64,000 nt of DNA from an uncultured bacterium (GCA_963722655.1 CAVRNT010000001.1:17447-81446); one strand, 5' to 3'; shown: positions 1 through 10,153, counted from the stretch's first letter. Made by a program: numbers and translations. Notes: generated by a model not told the origin, from the sequence alone.

Positions 1-553
1 TAGTTGCTATGTCTATAATCTTACGTTTCTCCCCGGGATCGAAGATTCTGTCATCTGTGCGATTCTCTCCAATGTATAATTTCGCGAAACCGTTAGCTTG
101 GGACACAGCTTTATTTTCAAGAACTACATTAAATCGCTTGTTTTCGTTTGCATTCTTCTGCAACAAATAAAAGTTGGCTGGATCGGGCTCAAAGGCAAAA
201 ACCCTACCAGATTTGCCCACGAGCCCGCTAAAAAGCAGCGTATAGTAGCCTATGTTGGCTCCAATATCTACCACCGTCATCCCATTTCTTATTTCTTTCT
301 TGACCAAATCCGTTTCCGGTACTTCATAAGCCCCGAACACCGATAAGCTCAACCTATCTTCAGGATCCAAATACATTTTGGAACCATTCACCTCGACACA
401 CTTTACATTCTCGTCTTTTACGAGTGAGATAAAAAAAGTGTAAATCTTGGACACGATGCCGATCTGACCTAATCCATAACCCCTGCTAAGGAATTTAACA
501 GTTTTCGCAAATACTTTTCGGCCCAATTTTTTTACTTTTGATTCTTTACTCAT
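1..553 (-). CDS. FkbM-family SAM-dependent methyltransferase (3' end outside window)
   Basis: Not in the ORF track. Manual translation from ATG at 553 gives MSKESKVKK...VVDIGANIGYYTLLFSGLVGKSGRVFAFEPDPANF, the FkbM signature. Confidence 0.88.
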   Translation of the reverse strand, partial: MSKESKVKKLGRKVFAKTVKFLSRGYGLGQIGIVSKIYTFFISLVKDENVKCVEVNGSKMYLDPEDRLSLSVFGAYEVPETDLVKKEIRNGMTVVDIGANIGYYTLLFSGLVGKSGRVFAFEPDPANFYLLQKNANENKRFNVVLENKAVSQANGFAKLYIGENRTDDRIFDPGEKRKIIDIAT

Positions 554-1736
554 GTGTTTTGCTTCCGTTGCGCTTTAAAATATCGTCGCATGCAGCCTCA
601 ATTTCGTTTGCGGTCACGCTGCACACACTTTCAGCGATGCAGTTTTCTTTCGTGTAATCGCAAGGAATGGGCCTGTGATAAATTATTCTATGCTGAATCC
701 CGTAAGGAAACCATTTCCCGAAAACGTTCCTAACGCCGTATATCCCGACGACGGGAGTCGCAACTGCCGCGGCGATGTGTACGGCGCCAGTATCATTGGA
801 AATCAACAAGTCACATTTTCTTACCAACGATACGGTTTCAAGGAGCGTCAACTTGCCGGCCAGAATTAACGAGTGGGACTCAGAAATTTGGCGCGCTGCG
901 ATGGCAATTCTTGGCGCATCGTCGGCGCTCCCGATGAAAACGATACCTGCATTATACTCATCAACTAAATATTTTACTACTTCTCCAAACCGCTCCGGAG
1001 GCCACGCGTTAGCTTCCCTTTTGGCTCCAACGTTGATAACAATAATCGTTCTCTTCCCGGCCCCCAGATAATCAAGTAGCTTGCCGATCTTTTCTTCGGT
1101 AAGCTCGGAGGACGGGAAATCAAACTTCACTTTCCCCCCAAAAGGCGCGTACCGGTTCAAAACGTCCAAGATATTTTCGACCTCGCACTTTTCAAAAGAG
1201 TAATCGACTTGGGTGTTCTTGAATAAATTCAGGATGGTGCGCACGCGGAAACCGAACGCCGATCTTGCGCCGATTAGTTTCGCGAAGATCATGTTCCTAG
1301 CGAGTGTCCGAAAGCGGACATAATCATCCGGTATTTGGATAAAAAGGTCGTATTGCTCCCGCTTTAGGGCTTCAATAAACGTTTTCCTCTTATTGGCACT
1401 GTCGATGTCGTCTGAATAATACACCCGCAAATCATCGAGATATTTCGCGCCGGTAAGGAGCTCTTTCCCGCCAACCGCTCCCCGTTTACCGGGAGAGGTG
1501 AGAAGAACTATCTTCGCCTGCGGATAGGCGCGCCTAATCGCGACGAAGGCTGGAATGGCACAGATAACATCGCCGATATTCCCCACTTTGAATATCAAGA
1601 TGCTTTTCGGGTCCCCTGGTCTTCGAAAAAGCAGGCGGCGCAGCGCTTCAAGAACCGCATTCTGGATCCAGAGGATCGCGACGACGATCGATAATTGGAC
1701 CGCTTTCAGGGATGGCGGCCTTATTTCTTGTTCCAT
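546..1736 (-). CDS. Glycosyltransferase family 9 (heptosyltransferase-like)
   Basis: GT9 motifs GNIGDVICAIP, WPPERF and LISNDTGAVHIAAAVATPVVGIYG. Confidence 0.9.
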   Translation of the reverse strand: MEQEIRPPSLKAVQLSIVVAILWIQNAVLEALRRLLFRRPGDPKSILIFKVGNIGDVICAIPAFVAIRRAYPQAKIVLLTSPGKRGAVGGKELLTGAKYLDDLRVYYSDDIDSANKRKTFIEALKREQYDLFIQIPDDYVRFRTLARNMIFAKLIGARSAFGFRVRTILNLFKNTQVDYSFEKCEVENILDVLNRYAPFGGKVKFDFPSSELTEEKIGKLLDYLGAGKRTIIVINVGAKREANAWPPERFGEVVKYLVDEYNAGIVFIGSADDAPRIAIAARQISESHSLILAGKLTLLETVSLVRKCDLLISNDTGAVHIAAAVATPVVGIYGVRNVFGKWFPYGIQHRIIYHRPIPCDYTKENCIAESVCSVTANEIEAACDDILKRNGSKTHE

Positions 1737-3466
1737 TTATTCAAAACGACGTTGGCCCAGAAGCGCGACCAGTGGCCTACGGCGGGTTTGACTTCGAGCC
1801 ATTTTTGGAACGGGAAGGTAAAACCCATCTTCGGCCGGTCCCAAACCTCGCGCGGCAGGTCCGCGCCAAGGGCTTCGATCAAGAGCCGTTTCGGTTGGCC
1901 GCTCGTCTTGAGCGCCGGCGAGAGGGAGTTTAGGTATTCCACGAGCGGCGGGTCCAAATACGGCACACGCACCTCGAGCGAATGGCGCATCGACATGAAA
2001 TCGGCGTCTTTGAGGAGCTGGTTACTCATATAGAAGTTAACCTCGAGATATGAAAGGAGGTCGACGGGGTGAAGTCGGGCGGCCTCCGGCGGGATGAGCG
2101 CCTCAATTTTCTTCAGAACTTCCCAAACCTCGCTTTCGGGGACATTAAGTGTGCGCGCGATTTCTTCCGGCAGGAAAAGTCCTCGGAGAGCGAGATAAAA
2201 GTAAAGCGGGTGTTTCTTCCGGAGATACCGGAGCCTTTTTGCCGCCGGTTTCGGAACAATCGCGGCCAGCAAGCCGGGTAGAAGAGGGACCATTTGAACA
2301 AGGCGCATTGCTTTCGCTCGCCGGAAATTCTGGTAGCCGCAGAAGATCTCGTCGCTCCCCAATCCCGAAAGGACGGTTTTGAGGCCTGCTGCCCGAGCTG
2401 CTTGGGCCACGAAATAAACGTTCACGCCGTCCACGGTCGGCTGGTCCATCGCGTCAAATACGTCGTCATATTTCGCGAGAAAATCCTCTTTCGTTATCTT
2501 TTCCTCGCGATGATCACTTTTTATCCTCTTAGCTACAAGCTTTTGGTATTTTTGCTCGGAAAATTCCGGTTCGTCGAAGACGATGGATAAAGTTCGGAGG
2601 TTCGACCTCCCGTGGAGGTCGAACCTCCTGATTTTAGCGGCCAAAATCGAGAGCACCGAAGAGTCGGTGCCACCGGAAAGGAAAACGCCAAGGGGCGCGT
2701 CGCTCACAAGGTTCAGGCGGACGGCTTCCTGGAGCAGCCGGCGAACTTCCTGCTTCGCCTCGCTGAAAGAGACTTTTCGCTTATTCGTGAACGGTGCCAG
2801 CGAATCGTAGTACCGGACTTCTTTGGCCTCTCGGCCGTCCCAAACGACGTAGTGGCCGGCCCGGACCGCCCGGACCTCGCGGTAGGTCGTGAGCGGCAGG
2901 GGCACGGAGCCGAAAAGAAGGAAGGCAATCTTCGCATCCCGGTTCTCCGTTAGCGTCACAAAGCCCGATCCCCTTATTGCCTCGACCGTGGAGGCGAAGA
3001 TCAACCTTCGTCCTGAAGACGCGAAATAGAGCGGCTTAATGCCATATTGGTCCCGCACGAGATGGAGGGCGCCGCTCTTTTTGTCGTAAAGTCCGAAGGC
3101 GAACATCCCGCGCAGACGGGCAAACGAGGCCGGGCCGTATTTTTCGAAAAGCGCGAGAATGACCTCGGTATCTGAATGCGTTTTGAACCTCACGCCCTGC
3201 GCTTCCAGCCCCTTTTTAAGCTCGGCGAAGTTGTAGATCTCCCCGTTGAACGTGATGACGAGATCCCCCCGCTCCATCGGCTGATGGCCGTCCGGGGAAA
3301 GATCGATGATGGAAAGCCGCCGGTGGCCGAAGGCCACGGGTGTTGAAACGAAAACTCCTTCGTCATCCGGACCGCGCTTAGCTTGGCAGGCGTTCATCCG
3401 CCCGACCGCGCGCTCCAATTCCCTTTCTTCCCCTTCCTTGAAATAGACCCCGGCGATGCCGCACAT
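1721..3466 (-). CDS. asnB: Asparagine synthase (glutamine-hydrolysing) / glycan amidotransferase
   Basis: N-terminal MCGIAG Ntn motif, RGPDDEG, FNGEIYN, LSGGTDSS and LSGLGSDE. Confidence 0.95.
   Translation of the reverse strand: MCGIAGVYFKEGEERELERAVGRMNACQAKRGPDDEGVFVSTPVAFGHRRLSIIDLSPDGHQPMERGDLVITFNGEIYNFAELKKGLEAQGVRFKTHSDTEVILALFEKYGPASFARLRGMFAFGLYDKKSGALHLVRDQYGIKPLYFASSGRRLIFASTVEAIRGSGFVTLTENRDAKIAFLLFGSVPLPLTTYREVRAVRAGHYVVWDGREAKEVRYYDSLAPFTNKRKVSFSEAKQEVRRLLQEAVRLNLVSDAPLGVFLSGGTDSSVLSILAAKIRRFDLHGRSNLRTLSIVFDEPEFSEQKYQKLVAKRIKSDHREEKITKEDFLAKYDDVFDAMDQPTVDGVNVYFVAQAARAAGLKTVLSGLGSDEIFCGYQNFRRAKAMRLVQMVPLLPGLLAAIVPKPAAKRLRYLRKKHPLYFYLALRGLFLPEEIARTLNVPESEVWEVLKKIEALIPPEAARLHPVDLLSYLEVNFYMSNQLLKDADFMSMRHSLEVRVPYLDPPLVEYLNSLSPALKTSGQPKRLLIEALGADLPREVWDRPKMGFTFPFQKWLEVKPAVGHWSRFWANVVLNKWNKK
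2596..2628. repeat. Perfect 15-bp inverted repeat in frame inside asnB
   Basis: ggaggttcgacctcc-cgt-ggaggtcgaacctcc (33 nt), encoding RRFDLHGRSNL. Confidence 0.85.
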
Positions 3467-3474
3467 AAAAGGCC

Positions 3475-4077
3475 TTATCGCCGCGTTGAAGTGGCGATCG
3501 TTGGGGCGAATTGGTTGAGGAAAGCGGAGACCTGGGTGTCTGTCGGCCAGTAGGCATGGATGGTCTCGGCGGTCCGAATGGCGTCGACCGCATCGTTGTG
3601 AGCGGCGTAAAGTTGCAGAAGCGGATAGAGCGCCGGCGGCAGCTTCGGCCCCTGGGCGAGCACATCGCTGTAGTAAGCGACGGCTTTGGCGTAGTCCGAA
3701 TCGCTGTGGGTGTAGTTCATCCAGAGCGTCGCGTAGATCTGGCCCATCGTAAGCGGCTCCGCGGTGTAGCTCACGTCAATGTACGGCTCGACGTAGTTCG
3801 TGAGCGCCCGCGCGACCGCCTCGCTCTGACCCTTTTGAGAGATGATGCCCACGATGTTCCCCAAAAGGAACTTCACCGTCTCGAACTGTCCAATTGGGGA
3901 ATAGAACTGGAGCGCCTGATTGAAATCGGTATCAAAATCATCCAGCGTCTTCACGTTCTGGAGACCTTGGAGAGCAGTGATATACAGGCTCGCCTTGACG
4001 TAAGGCAGATAAGCGCCGTAGATAAGCGACAGGAAAGCGGCGAGGATGAGCACGGGGATGATTATCGGTTTGAGCAT
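3475..4077 (-). CDS. Membrane-anchored helical (TPR-like) protein
   Basis: N-terminal TM helix and Tyr/Ala-rich helical repeats (YAKAVAYYSDVLAQGP); lies directly downstream of the ligase-like gene. Confidence 0.65.
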   Translation of the reverse strand: MLKPIIIPVLILAAFLSLIYGAYLPYVKASLYITALQGLQNVKTLDDFDTDFNQALQFYSPIGQFETVKFLLGNIVGIISQKGQSEAVARALTNYVEPYIDVSYTAEPLTMGQIYATLWMNYTHSDSDYAKAVAYYSDVLAQGPKLPPALYPLLQLYAAHNDAVDAIRTAETIHAYWPTDTQVSAFLNQFAPTIATSTRR

Positions 4078-4090
4078 TGAGTTTGACTTA

Positions 4091-5440
4091 TTAGCTGTCG
4101 GTCTTCAGCTCTTTTCTTTGGAACAAAAAGTATCCGAAAGCCAAGAGCACGAAGACGTTGATGTAGATCGGCAACACGTCGAAGAGCACGAGACCTTGGA
4201 CTAGATAGGCCAGCGCGAGCGCCGGGAGGATCGCCCGGACGAACGGCGGTTTTTGGCTAAGGAGGGTCTCACCCGCCTTCGGCCGAGCGCTCTTGAAGAA
4301 TCCGACGAAGAAGACGACGAACACGCCGAGATACGCAACAGTACCCACAGCTCCCGTTTCGGCCAAACCGTCGAAAATGATGCTGTGGGCCCGGTCGAAC
4401 CAAGCGCCGAAGCCCTGGCTCGGGTCGAAATAATTGATGTTGAAGAACTTATTGAAGACGACCGGGAAGTTCTCCGGGCCCCAGCCGAAAACGGGCCGCG
4501 CGAGGAATCCGTCCCAAGCAATCTGCCACATCACTGCTCTGGTCTGGAAAGTACCAGCTAAAACCGAGATGTCAAAAACACGCGAACCAGGTATGCGTTT
4601 AACGAAGGACGACTGCTGGAACGCCACGAGTAGACCGACGACCACCAATATGAGTGCAATTGCGCCGAGAATCCATTTGCGAAGCGCCGGTTTCATGAAC
4701 GCCGCATAGACCAAGGCGGCAATGAGGCCCACTACGAAACCGATGAAAGAGCCGCGGGTACCGGTCAAAATGAAGGCGGAGAAAAGGAAGGCGGTGATAA
4801 CCCCGAAGAAAACCCAGCCGAGGATTTTCATCTTCTGCCGGTATTTTGTGAAGAGGAGATAAAAAAGATACCCAAATGCAAAGATCAGATAAGCGCCGAC
4901 GTAGGCCGGATTGCCGATGGAGCCCTGGAAACGATAGCCGCCGTCCGTGAAACGCGAACCGACGAAGCCGCCGAAGTTCATGCTGGCAAGATAGCCGTAA
5001 ACGACCATTAAGATCGAGCCCGCGACCATGAAGGTCAAAAAACGCGACCAGTCCTTCTCACCTTTGAAAAGCGTCACGAGGAGCAGGAAGAGGAGATAAA
5101 GGTGGATGATCTGCAATCCGCCCTCCCCTCTTTCAAAATTGGACCAGAAGGACCAGTTGAAGTTAACGCCAAAGACGCAGGCGAGGAGGAAAGCGGCGGT
5201 GAAAATGGAAACCGCGATGCCCAGCGGGGAACGCAGAACTTTCCACAATCTTTTGAGATGCTCTTCGGCACTGGGAGAAAAAAGGAAGCCTGAAAGAAGA
5301 AAGATGAAGCTTAGGTCGATAGCGCCGCGGAAAACGGCGTATTTCCCGACGATGAACGGGAAAAGGGTGAAGGGGGTGACGACAACGACGACGAAGGGGA
5401 CTAAATAAAGGAAAAACCGGGATACTTTGAAATAATCCAT
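4091..5440 (-). CDS. O-antigen ligase / O-oligosaccharyltransferase-like polytopic membrane protein
   Basis: Many TM helices plus GSIGNPAY, LTGTRGS, R..MW...W.....RPVFGWG and RAHS (Wzy_C-type motifs). Confidence 0.88.
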   Translation of the reverse strand: MDYFKVSRFFLYLVPFVVVVVTPFTLFPFIVGKYAVFRGAIDLSFIFLLSGFLFSPSAEEHLKRLWKVLRSPLGIAVSIFTAAFLLACVFGVNFNWSFWSNFERGEGGLQIIHLYLLFLLLVTLFKGEKDWSRFLTFMVAGSILMVVYGYLASMNFGGFVGSRFTDGGYRFQGSIGNPAYVGAYLIFAFGYLFYLLFTKYRQKMKILGWVFFGVITAFLFSAFILTGTRGSFIGFVVGLIAALVYAAFMKPALRKWILGAIALILVVVGLLVAFQQSSFVKRIPGSRVFDISVLAGTFQTRAVMWQIAWDGFLARPVFGWGPENFPVVFNKFFNINYFDPSQGFGAWFDRAHSIIFDGLAETGAVGTVAYLGVFVVFFVGFFKSARPKAGETLLSQKPPFVRAILPALALAYLVQGLVLFDVLPIYINVFVLLAFGYFLFQRKELKTDS

Positions 5441-5482
5441 TGGATTGAAAGATTATAGTACAAAGCGCTGATTTTTAAAAGC

Positions 5483-5505
5483 AAAAGGCCCGCCAAAGGC
5501 GGGCC
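5483..5505 (-). terminator. Rho-independent terminator of the surface-protein gene
   Basis: GGCCCGCC-TTT-GGCGGGCC followed by TTTT on the minus strand. Confidence 0.7.
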
Positions 5506-5546
5506 GATTGCTTGCTGGTTCTACGCTACCAGAAAACCAATGACTG

Positions 5547-8500
5547 CTAGTTCACGATTATCGGGGAAGGCGAGCCGGTTATGACCGCTGTCGGCAGGTT
5601 GTAACTCGGGTTCGGGCCCAAGTTATTAGCCGTACCGTCACTCCATGTCCACGACGACAGGTTAGTTTGAGTCGTAACCGCCGTACCGGACTGCGATCTC
5701 GTCGAGAGACCGCCGGTGTTCATTACTGCGAAGAACTGGAGAGTCACTGACTGACCAGCGGTAACAGTAATCGCCGGGTTGAACGTAACGATCGTGCTCG
5801 TCCCAAGAGTGCCGATGCCATTACCAGGACCGATGTTCGTGGTAATCCCATTCGCGCCACCGACTGTGTACGTAGCGCCGTTCGCAAGGTTGATAACGCT
5901 CAGCGTAGTTGTCGCCGCTGACGAACTTGCGTTGTACACCGACATCGCTATGGTCGTTGAACCGATCGTAGCGTTCGCACCCGAACCAGCCGTGAAGGTG
6001 AAGGCACCAATTTGCTGGTTAGCCGGGCTGGAACCGGGTGTAGCCGAGACGCCCGCCGCACTCAAGGTCGTGCGCAAGACCGTGAAGGTGTTGCTGTACG
6101 AAGTCGAGGTGGCGGAAGCCGTCTGCTGTGAGGCCTTGCCCTGGTAGTCGATCTGGTTGATCAAGGCCGTGGACGTGGCCCCCGTCGCTGGGTAGGAGGC
6201 GCTCAAGGCGGTGTAGTTGTTCGCATCGGCAATGAGCTTCAAGCCCAACTGGCCGCCCTGCGAGATCGGGATGTTCACACCCACGAACTCGAAGGTGTAA
6301 GGCGAACCGGTTCCGTTCAGGTTGCTACCCGTCGTCGCCGTGCCGCCGTACCAGTTGCCACTGCTATCCTGCAAGCGGAAGTACACGAGGGCGCCGGTCA
6401 AGGACGAAGTCGCCGTCACCCAGACGTTCTGGACGTTGATGGCTTCGTTGTTGGAACCAGTGATCGTGTACTGCGCGAGCTGGACGCCCGTCGTACCCAT
6501 ACCGACCTGAATGCCGGTCGGCATGTTCGTCGCGGCGTAGGACAAGGTCCCGGCCGCAACTACGTTATCCGTCTGGCCGCCGATTGCGGTCGTCAAACCG
6601 CCATTCACGTTCGAGATCGGCTGGTTCGTCGACAGCGCAACGGCTGAAACGCCTGTCGCCGGCATCGAAACCGCCGCGAGCGTGGCCGTGCCGACTCCCG
6701 TCTTCACGTCCGCATAGACGTCGACGATGAGCTGACCGCCAGCCGAGACTTGGAACGGGGTCGAAGCCGAGAAGGTGTAAGTGTTGCCGCTTACTATCGT
6801 GCTCTGGGTCTGGCCAACCTGGGTGGACCCAACCATCACCTTAAGGTTCTGGAAGTAGGTTGCCGCGGTCGAAGAGACCATCACCTGGAGGTTCGAGACT
6901 GAGACCGCCGAGGCCGCCCCCGCCGTCAAGGCGAAGGAACCGATCCTCGCGGCCGCTTGGCCCGCCACCACGTTCACCGTGCCCAAACCGCTGTTCTGGG
7001 TCGCAGTGAGGATGTTGGTGCTCGCGGTGAGCTGGTTACCCGACTGGCCGGCATTTGAAATCGCAGCCAATGAGGTGTAACCCTGACCGACAATCGAGTT
7101 AATCGATGCGGTCAAGGTGCCGGTCGCCGCCGAAGCAACGTCCGCCACAACCGAGAGAACTCGGGTCTGGTTGGCCTGAATTACGTAGTTCAGGCTGGTG
7201 TACGGCGTTGTCGATGCACTGACCGGATTCTGGGTCGTGCCGATCTGCGTACCTTGATCATCAATCAACTTCAGGTTGTTGATGTTCGAGAGCTGATAGG
7301 TCGGCATAGTCCCGCCTAAGGCGACGCTTAAGCTGGTGATGCGAACCGCTTCACCATTGGCCTGGAAATCGATCTTGCCGATCGTCTGGTTCGTCCCGCC
7401 CGGCAAAACGTAGTTCGAAGGGGTATTAGCGTCCTTCGAGACCGTGAGCGTCCCCGCGCTGACGCTCACGAATGAGCCGTAAGCCGGGAAGGTGTTCAAG
7501 GAGGCGTTACCGCCCGCGGACTGAATCACGCTCGGCAAGAAGCCGATGTTGAACATCATGTCCTTGGTGGAAACGTCGTAGTTGTGCTGGATCGAGAGTT
7601 GGAAGTTGCGGTTCACGCCGCCCACAATGTCCGCATAGACATAGAGGTTGGCCGCTTGACCCGCCGCGAGCTGCATACCGAGGTTACTGAAAACCACGGT
7701 GTTGCCGCTCGAGAGTCCCGGAACCGTCGAGATAAGCGTCCCGGCGTTGTAGAGCTTATAGTTCTGAACGTCGGAAGGACCAGTGCTACCAGTCGAAGTG
7801 AACGTTATGCTGTTCACCTGAACCGCTTGGTTCTGGGCTTGGAAGGTGAACTGGCCGACGTTGAACTGCGTCTGACCGGCGTTCACCGATAATCCGAATC
7901 CGCCACTCGCACTCGTGCCGGTGTAGCCCGCGGAAGCGTTCGTAATCTGAATGCCGCCGAGGTTACCGACCGAAGCCGAGGTCATCGTGTTACCCGTAAT
8001 CGGGAAGGTGCCGCTGACCGGCAGGCTCCCGACGGTCACGATTGACGAGGCTGAAGGCACCGAGAATAGGTAGGTGTGACCGGTCGCGGAGCTAACGATA
8101 CTGACCGCGATGGTCATCTCAACCGACTGACCCGCCGGAACCGTGAAGAGACCGGCTGGGTTGGTGAAGTTCACCGCACCGTTCGAGATGCCGAGGTTGG
8201 TCGCGATGATCGCGCCGCCCTCGTATTTCAGGTACACGTTCGAGAGATCCTGGTCGGAGGACAAACCGCTGCGGTTCACCGTCAAACTAGTGACCGTGAC
8301 CGGAGCACTGCCCGCCGTGAAGTTCATCCGCAAGACTGGCACCACCTCGGAGCTAGCGGCAAGGTTAACTGGAACGTTCCCCGCTACCGGGTTGTCGGCA
8401 GCGAGAGTAACTGAAAGGCCGCTCCCTGCTGGGACGACCACCGTTGTACCACCGGACGTAACCGTAGTTCCGCCCGCGGATGCCACGTAGGCCCGCGTCT

Positions 8501-8885
8501 TGGGGCCGAAGTAGCCGGCGGCCGGGCTGATACCCATGGCTTTCTGGTACGCCGCGAGGGCCGCCGTGGTCAAAGAACCAAAGTAGCCGGTCGGCGCCGA
8601 AATCTTGAGGTACCCGCCGTTGATCAACATTTGCTGCAAAGCGGAAACGTCCGCTCCACTGCTGCCCGTAGTGAGGTCACGGGTATAGCTGTAGGAAGAG
8701 ACGGAAGAACCGCTTGAAGCCTGTAGGGCCTGCAACTGCGTCGTGAGGGCCTGAATCTGGGCCATCAAGGTCGCAATCGTCTGGGCCGTTGTCTGCGCAG
8801 AGGCCGGCAAAATTGAACCCGCGAGCCAAACGGCCGTGGTCAAAGCCAAGCCCACTGCAACAGCTTTTCGACTGAATTTACTCAT
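5547..8885 (-). CDS. Large secreted S-layer-like surface protein with N-terminal peptidoglycan-binding domain (alternative start 8909)
   Basis: Signal peptide, coiled coil, PG_binding_1-like segment (DLTTGSSGADVSALQQML...GYFGSLT...AYQKAMGI...GYFGPKTR), then about 950 aa rich in Ser/Thr/Gly/Val beta-strands. Confidence 0.85.
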   Translation of the reverse strand: MSKFSRKAVAVGLALTTAVWLAGSILPASAQTTAQTIATLMAQIQALTTQLQALQASSGSSVSSYSYTRDLTTGSSGADVSALQQMLINGGYLKISAPTGYFGSLTTAALAAYQKAMGISPAAGYFGPKTRAYVASAGGTTVTSGGTTVVVPAGSGLSVTLAADNPVAGNVPVNLAASSEVVPVLRMNFTAGSAPVTVTSLTVNRSGLSSDQDLSNVYLKYEGGAIIATNLGISNGAVNFTNPAGLFTVPAGQSVEMTIAVSIVSSATGHTYLFSVPSASSIVTVGSLPVSGTFPITGNTMTSASVGNLGGIQITNASAGYTGTSASGGFGLSVNAGQTQFNVGQFTFQAQNQAVQVNSITFTSTGSTGPSDVQNYKLYNAGTLISTVPGLSSGNTVVFSNLGMQLAAGQAANLYVYADIVGGVNRNFQLSIQHNYDVSTKDMMFNIGFLPSVIQSAGGNASLNTFPAYGSFVSVSAGTLTVSKDANTPSNYVLPGGTNQTIGKIDFQANGEAVRITSLSVALGGTMPTYQLSNINNLKLIDDQGTQIGTTQNPVSASTTPYTSLNYVIQANQTRVLSVVADVASAATGTLTASINSIVGQGYTSLAAISNAGQSGNQLTASTNILTATQNSGLGTVNVVAGQAAARIGSFALTAGAASAVSVSNLQVMVSSTAATYFQNLKVMVGSTQVGQTQSTIVSGNTYTFSASTPFQVSAGGQLIVDVYADVKTGVGTATLAAVSMPATGVSAVALSTNQPISNVNGGLTTAIGGQTDNVVAAGTLSYAATNMPTGIQVGMGTTGVQLAQYTITGSNNEAINVQNVWVTATSSLTGALVYFRLQDSSGNWYGGTATTGSNLNGTGSPYTFEFVGVNIPISQGGQLGLKLIADANNYTALSASYPATGATSTALINQIDYQGKASQQTASATSTSYSNTFTVLRTTLSAAGVSATPGSSPANQQIGAFTFTAGSGANATIGSTTIAMSVYNASSSAATTTLSVINLANGATYTVGGANGITTNIGPGNGIGTLGTSTIVTFNPAITVTAGQSVTLQFFAVMNTGGLSTRSQSGTAVTTQTNLSSWTWSDGTANNLGPNPSYNLPTAVITGSPSPIIVN

Positions 8886-9127
8886 TTCTGATTGTTTAGG
8901 ACGGATCATAAATGGACTCCAATAAGTTGCTCATCCTTATTGTAAGACCGTTTTGACCCGTTTTGTTTTCGACAATTTTTGTTTTTTTCGACTGTTCGAC
9001 TTAAGTTTTCCTTAAGCCGCCGACCTTTAGAAGTTTCGGAAAACCTGGTTCCGCCGCTTTTCGACCCCCGCCTAGAGTGAGGACTAAGCGGCGGAAGACG
9101 GTGGAATCGGTTGTTAATATCTAAAAT

Positions 9128-9159
9128 TTAAAAGTCCCGCTTTGAAGCGGGACTTTTAA
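9128..9159. terminator. Bidirectional terminator-like hairpin in the region upstream of the surface-protein gene
   Basis: ttaaaagtcccgctt-tg-aagcgggacttttaa. Confidence 0.75.
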
Positions 9160-9285
9160 CGGACGGAAAAGCTTTGATTGAATTAACCGACGCCATTCCC
9201 CGAGCAAAAAAGGAATAAGCGACGCTTAATTCAACCAAAGGCGTTCCCTACCCGTTAGCTGGCCTCACTTCCAAGCTAACTTGAC
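9157..9285 (-). ncRNA. Putative structured leader or small RNA
   Basis: About 100-nt interrupted hairpin (taacgg/ccgtta, ggaa/ttcc, ctttg.ttgaattaa/ttaattcaa.caaag) plus a 5' gttagct/agctaac hairpin, downstream of a minus-strand TGGTATAAC -10-like box. Confidence 0.45.
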
Positions 9286-9391
9286 TATGTTATACCAAAC
9301 TACAGGAAACCTGCCTGAAAATCAAATCCTTTGGTTTCAATGAATATAACGAAACGGCCTTGGGGCCGTTACTATCACTTATCCACAGCCC

Positions 9392-10153
9392 TCACCCCAA
9401 AACCCAGGGGACGACGGCGAAGATCAGCACCAAAAATACGGTCAGGATAGTTATCTCCCGAAAAACGTAGCCGTTGTTCAAAAGGCCGCGGGAATGGGCC
9501 AAAAGGACGTCCCGCAAGACCACGAAGACCAGGGTGAGGGCTGCTGCGGCATTCAAGAACCCCAGGGGCAGGAAGGCGAGCAACGCCGCCGTCTCGGCGA
9601 GGATGAGCCCGATCGCCCAAGCGGCCAGGCGCTCCCGCCGGAAGAAACGTTCGGGGGCCGACCGGAAAGCCTCCCGGACGAGGATGGCCGAGAGGGCGAA
9701 GACTGCTAAGAGGAACCCGACACCCCCCCAGAAAGAGGTCTGGCGGGCGCCGGGGAAGAGTTCAAAAAGCAGAGCGGCCGAGAAGGCGAAGAGTCCCGCT
9801 TCGCCGATGTCCGCGGTGAGCGCCCGGTTGGGCCAAAGGAGGCGAACGTCACCCAACCAAAGATACAGGAGGGCGAAGTAGAGACAAGAGACAAGATAAA
9901 ACAAGAGGCCAGAGGAGACGGTGCCTGCGACGAGCGCCCAAACCGCGAGGAGCCAAAAATAGGTCCGGCGGTTCGTCCGCTCCGCTCCCTCGGAAAAATA
10001 GAGCCAAAAAGAAACGGCGAGGAAGACGACGATACCCCAGAAGGAAAAGCCGACGAGGCCGGCGAAAAGCAGGGCGATGAACCCGGCGAGCGCCTTAAAG
10101 AGCAACCTCCACCCGGTTTTCGCGATTAAGGACGATAGTAGCTTTTTCACCAT
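9392..10153 (-). CDS. Hypothetical polytopic membrane protein
   Basis: About 8 hydrophobic helices; follows clpB, and the start overlapping clpB is uncertain. Confidence 0.7.
   Translation of the reverse strand: MVKKLLSSLIAKTGWRLLFKALAGFIALLFAGLVGFSFWGIVVFLAVSFWLYFSEGAERTNRRTYFWLLAVWALVAGTVSSGLLFYLVSCLYFALLYLWLGDVRLLWPNRALTADIGEAGLFAFSAALLFELFPGARQTSFWGGVGFLLAVFALSAILVREAFRSAPERFFRRERLAAWAIGLILAETAALLAFLPLGFLNAAAALTLVFVVLRDVLLAHSRGLLNNGYVFREITILTVFLVLIFAVVPWVLG

Noticed and set aside
9379-9387. DnaA box TTATCCACA (also 40556-40564, and a near match at 38068)
   Set aside because: These are isolated single boxes with no cluster and no dnaA/dnaN nearby, so there is no support for oriC.
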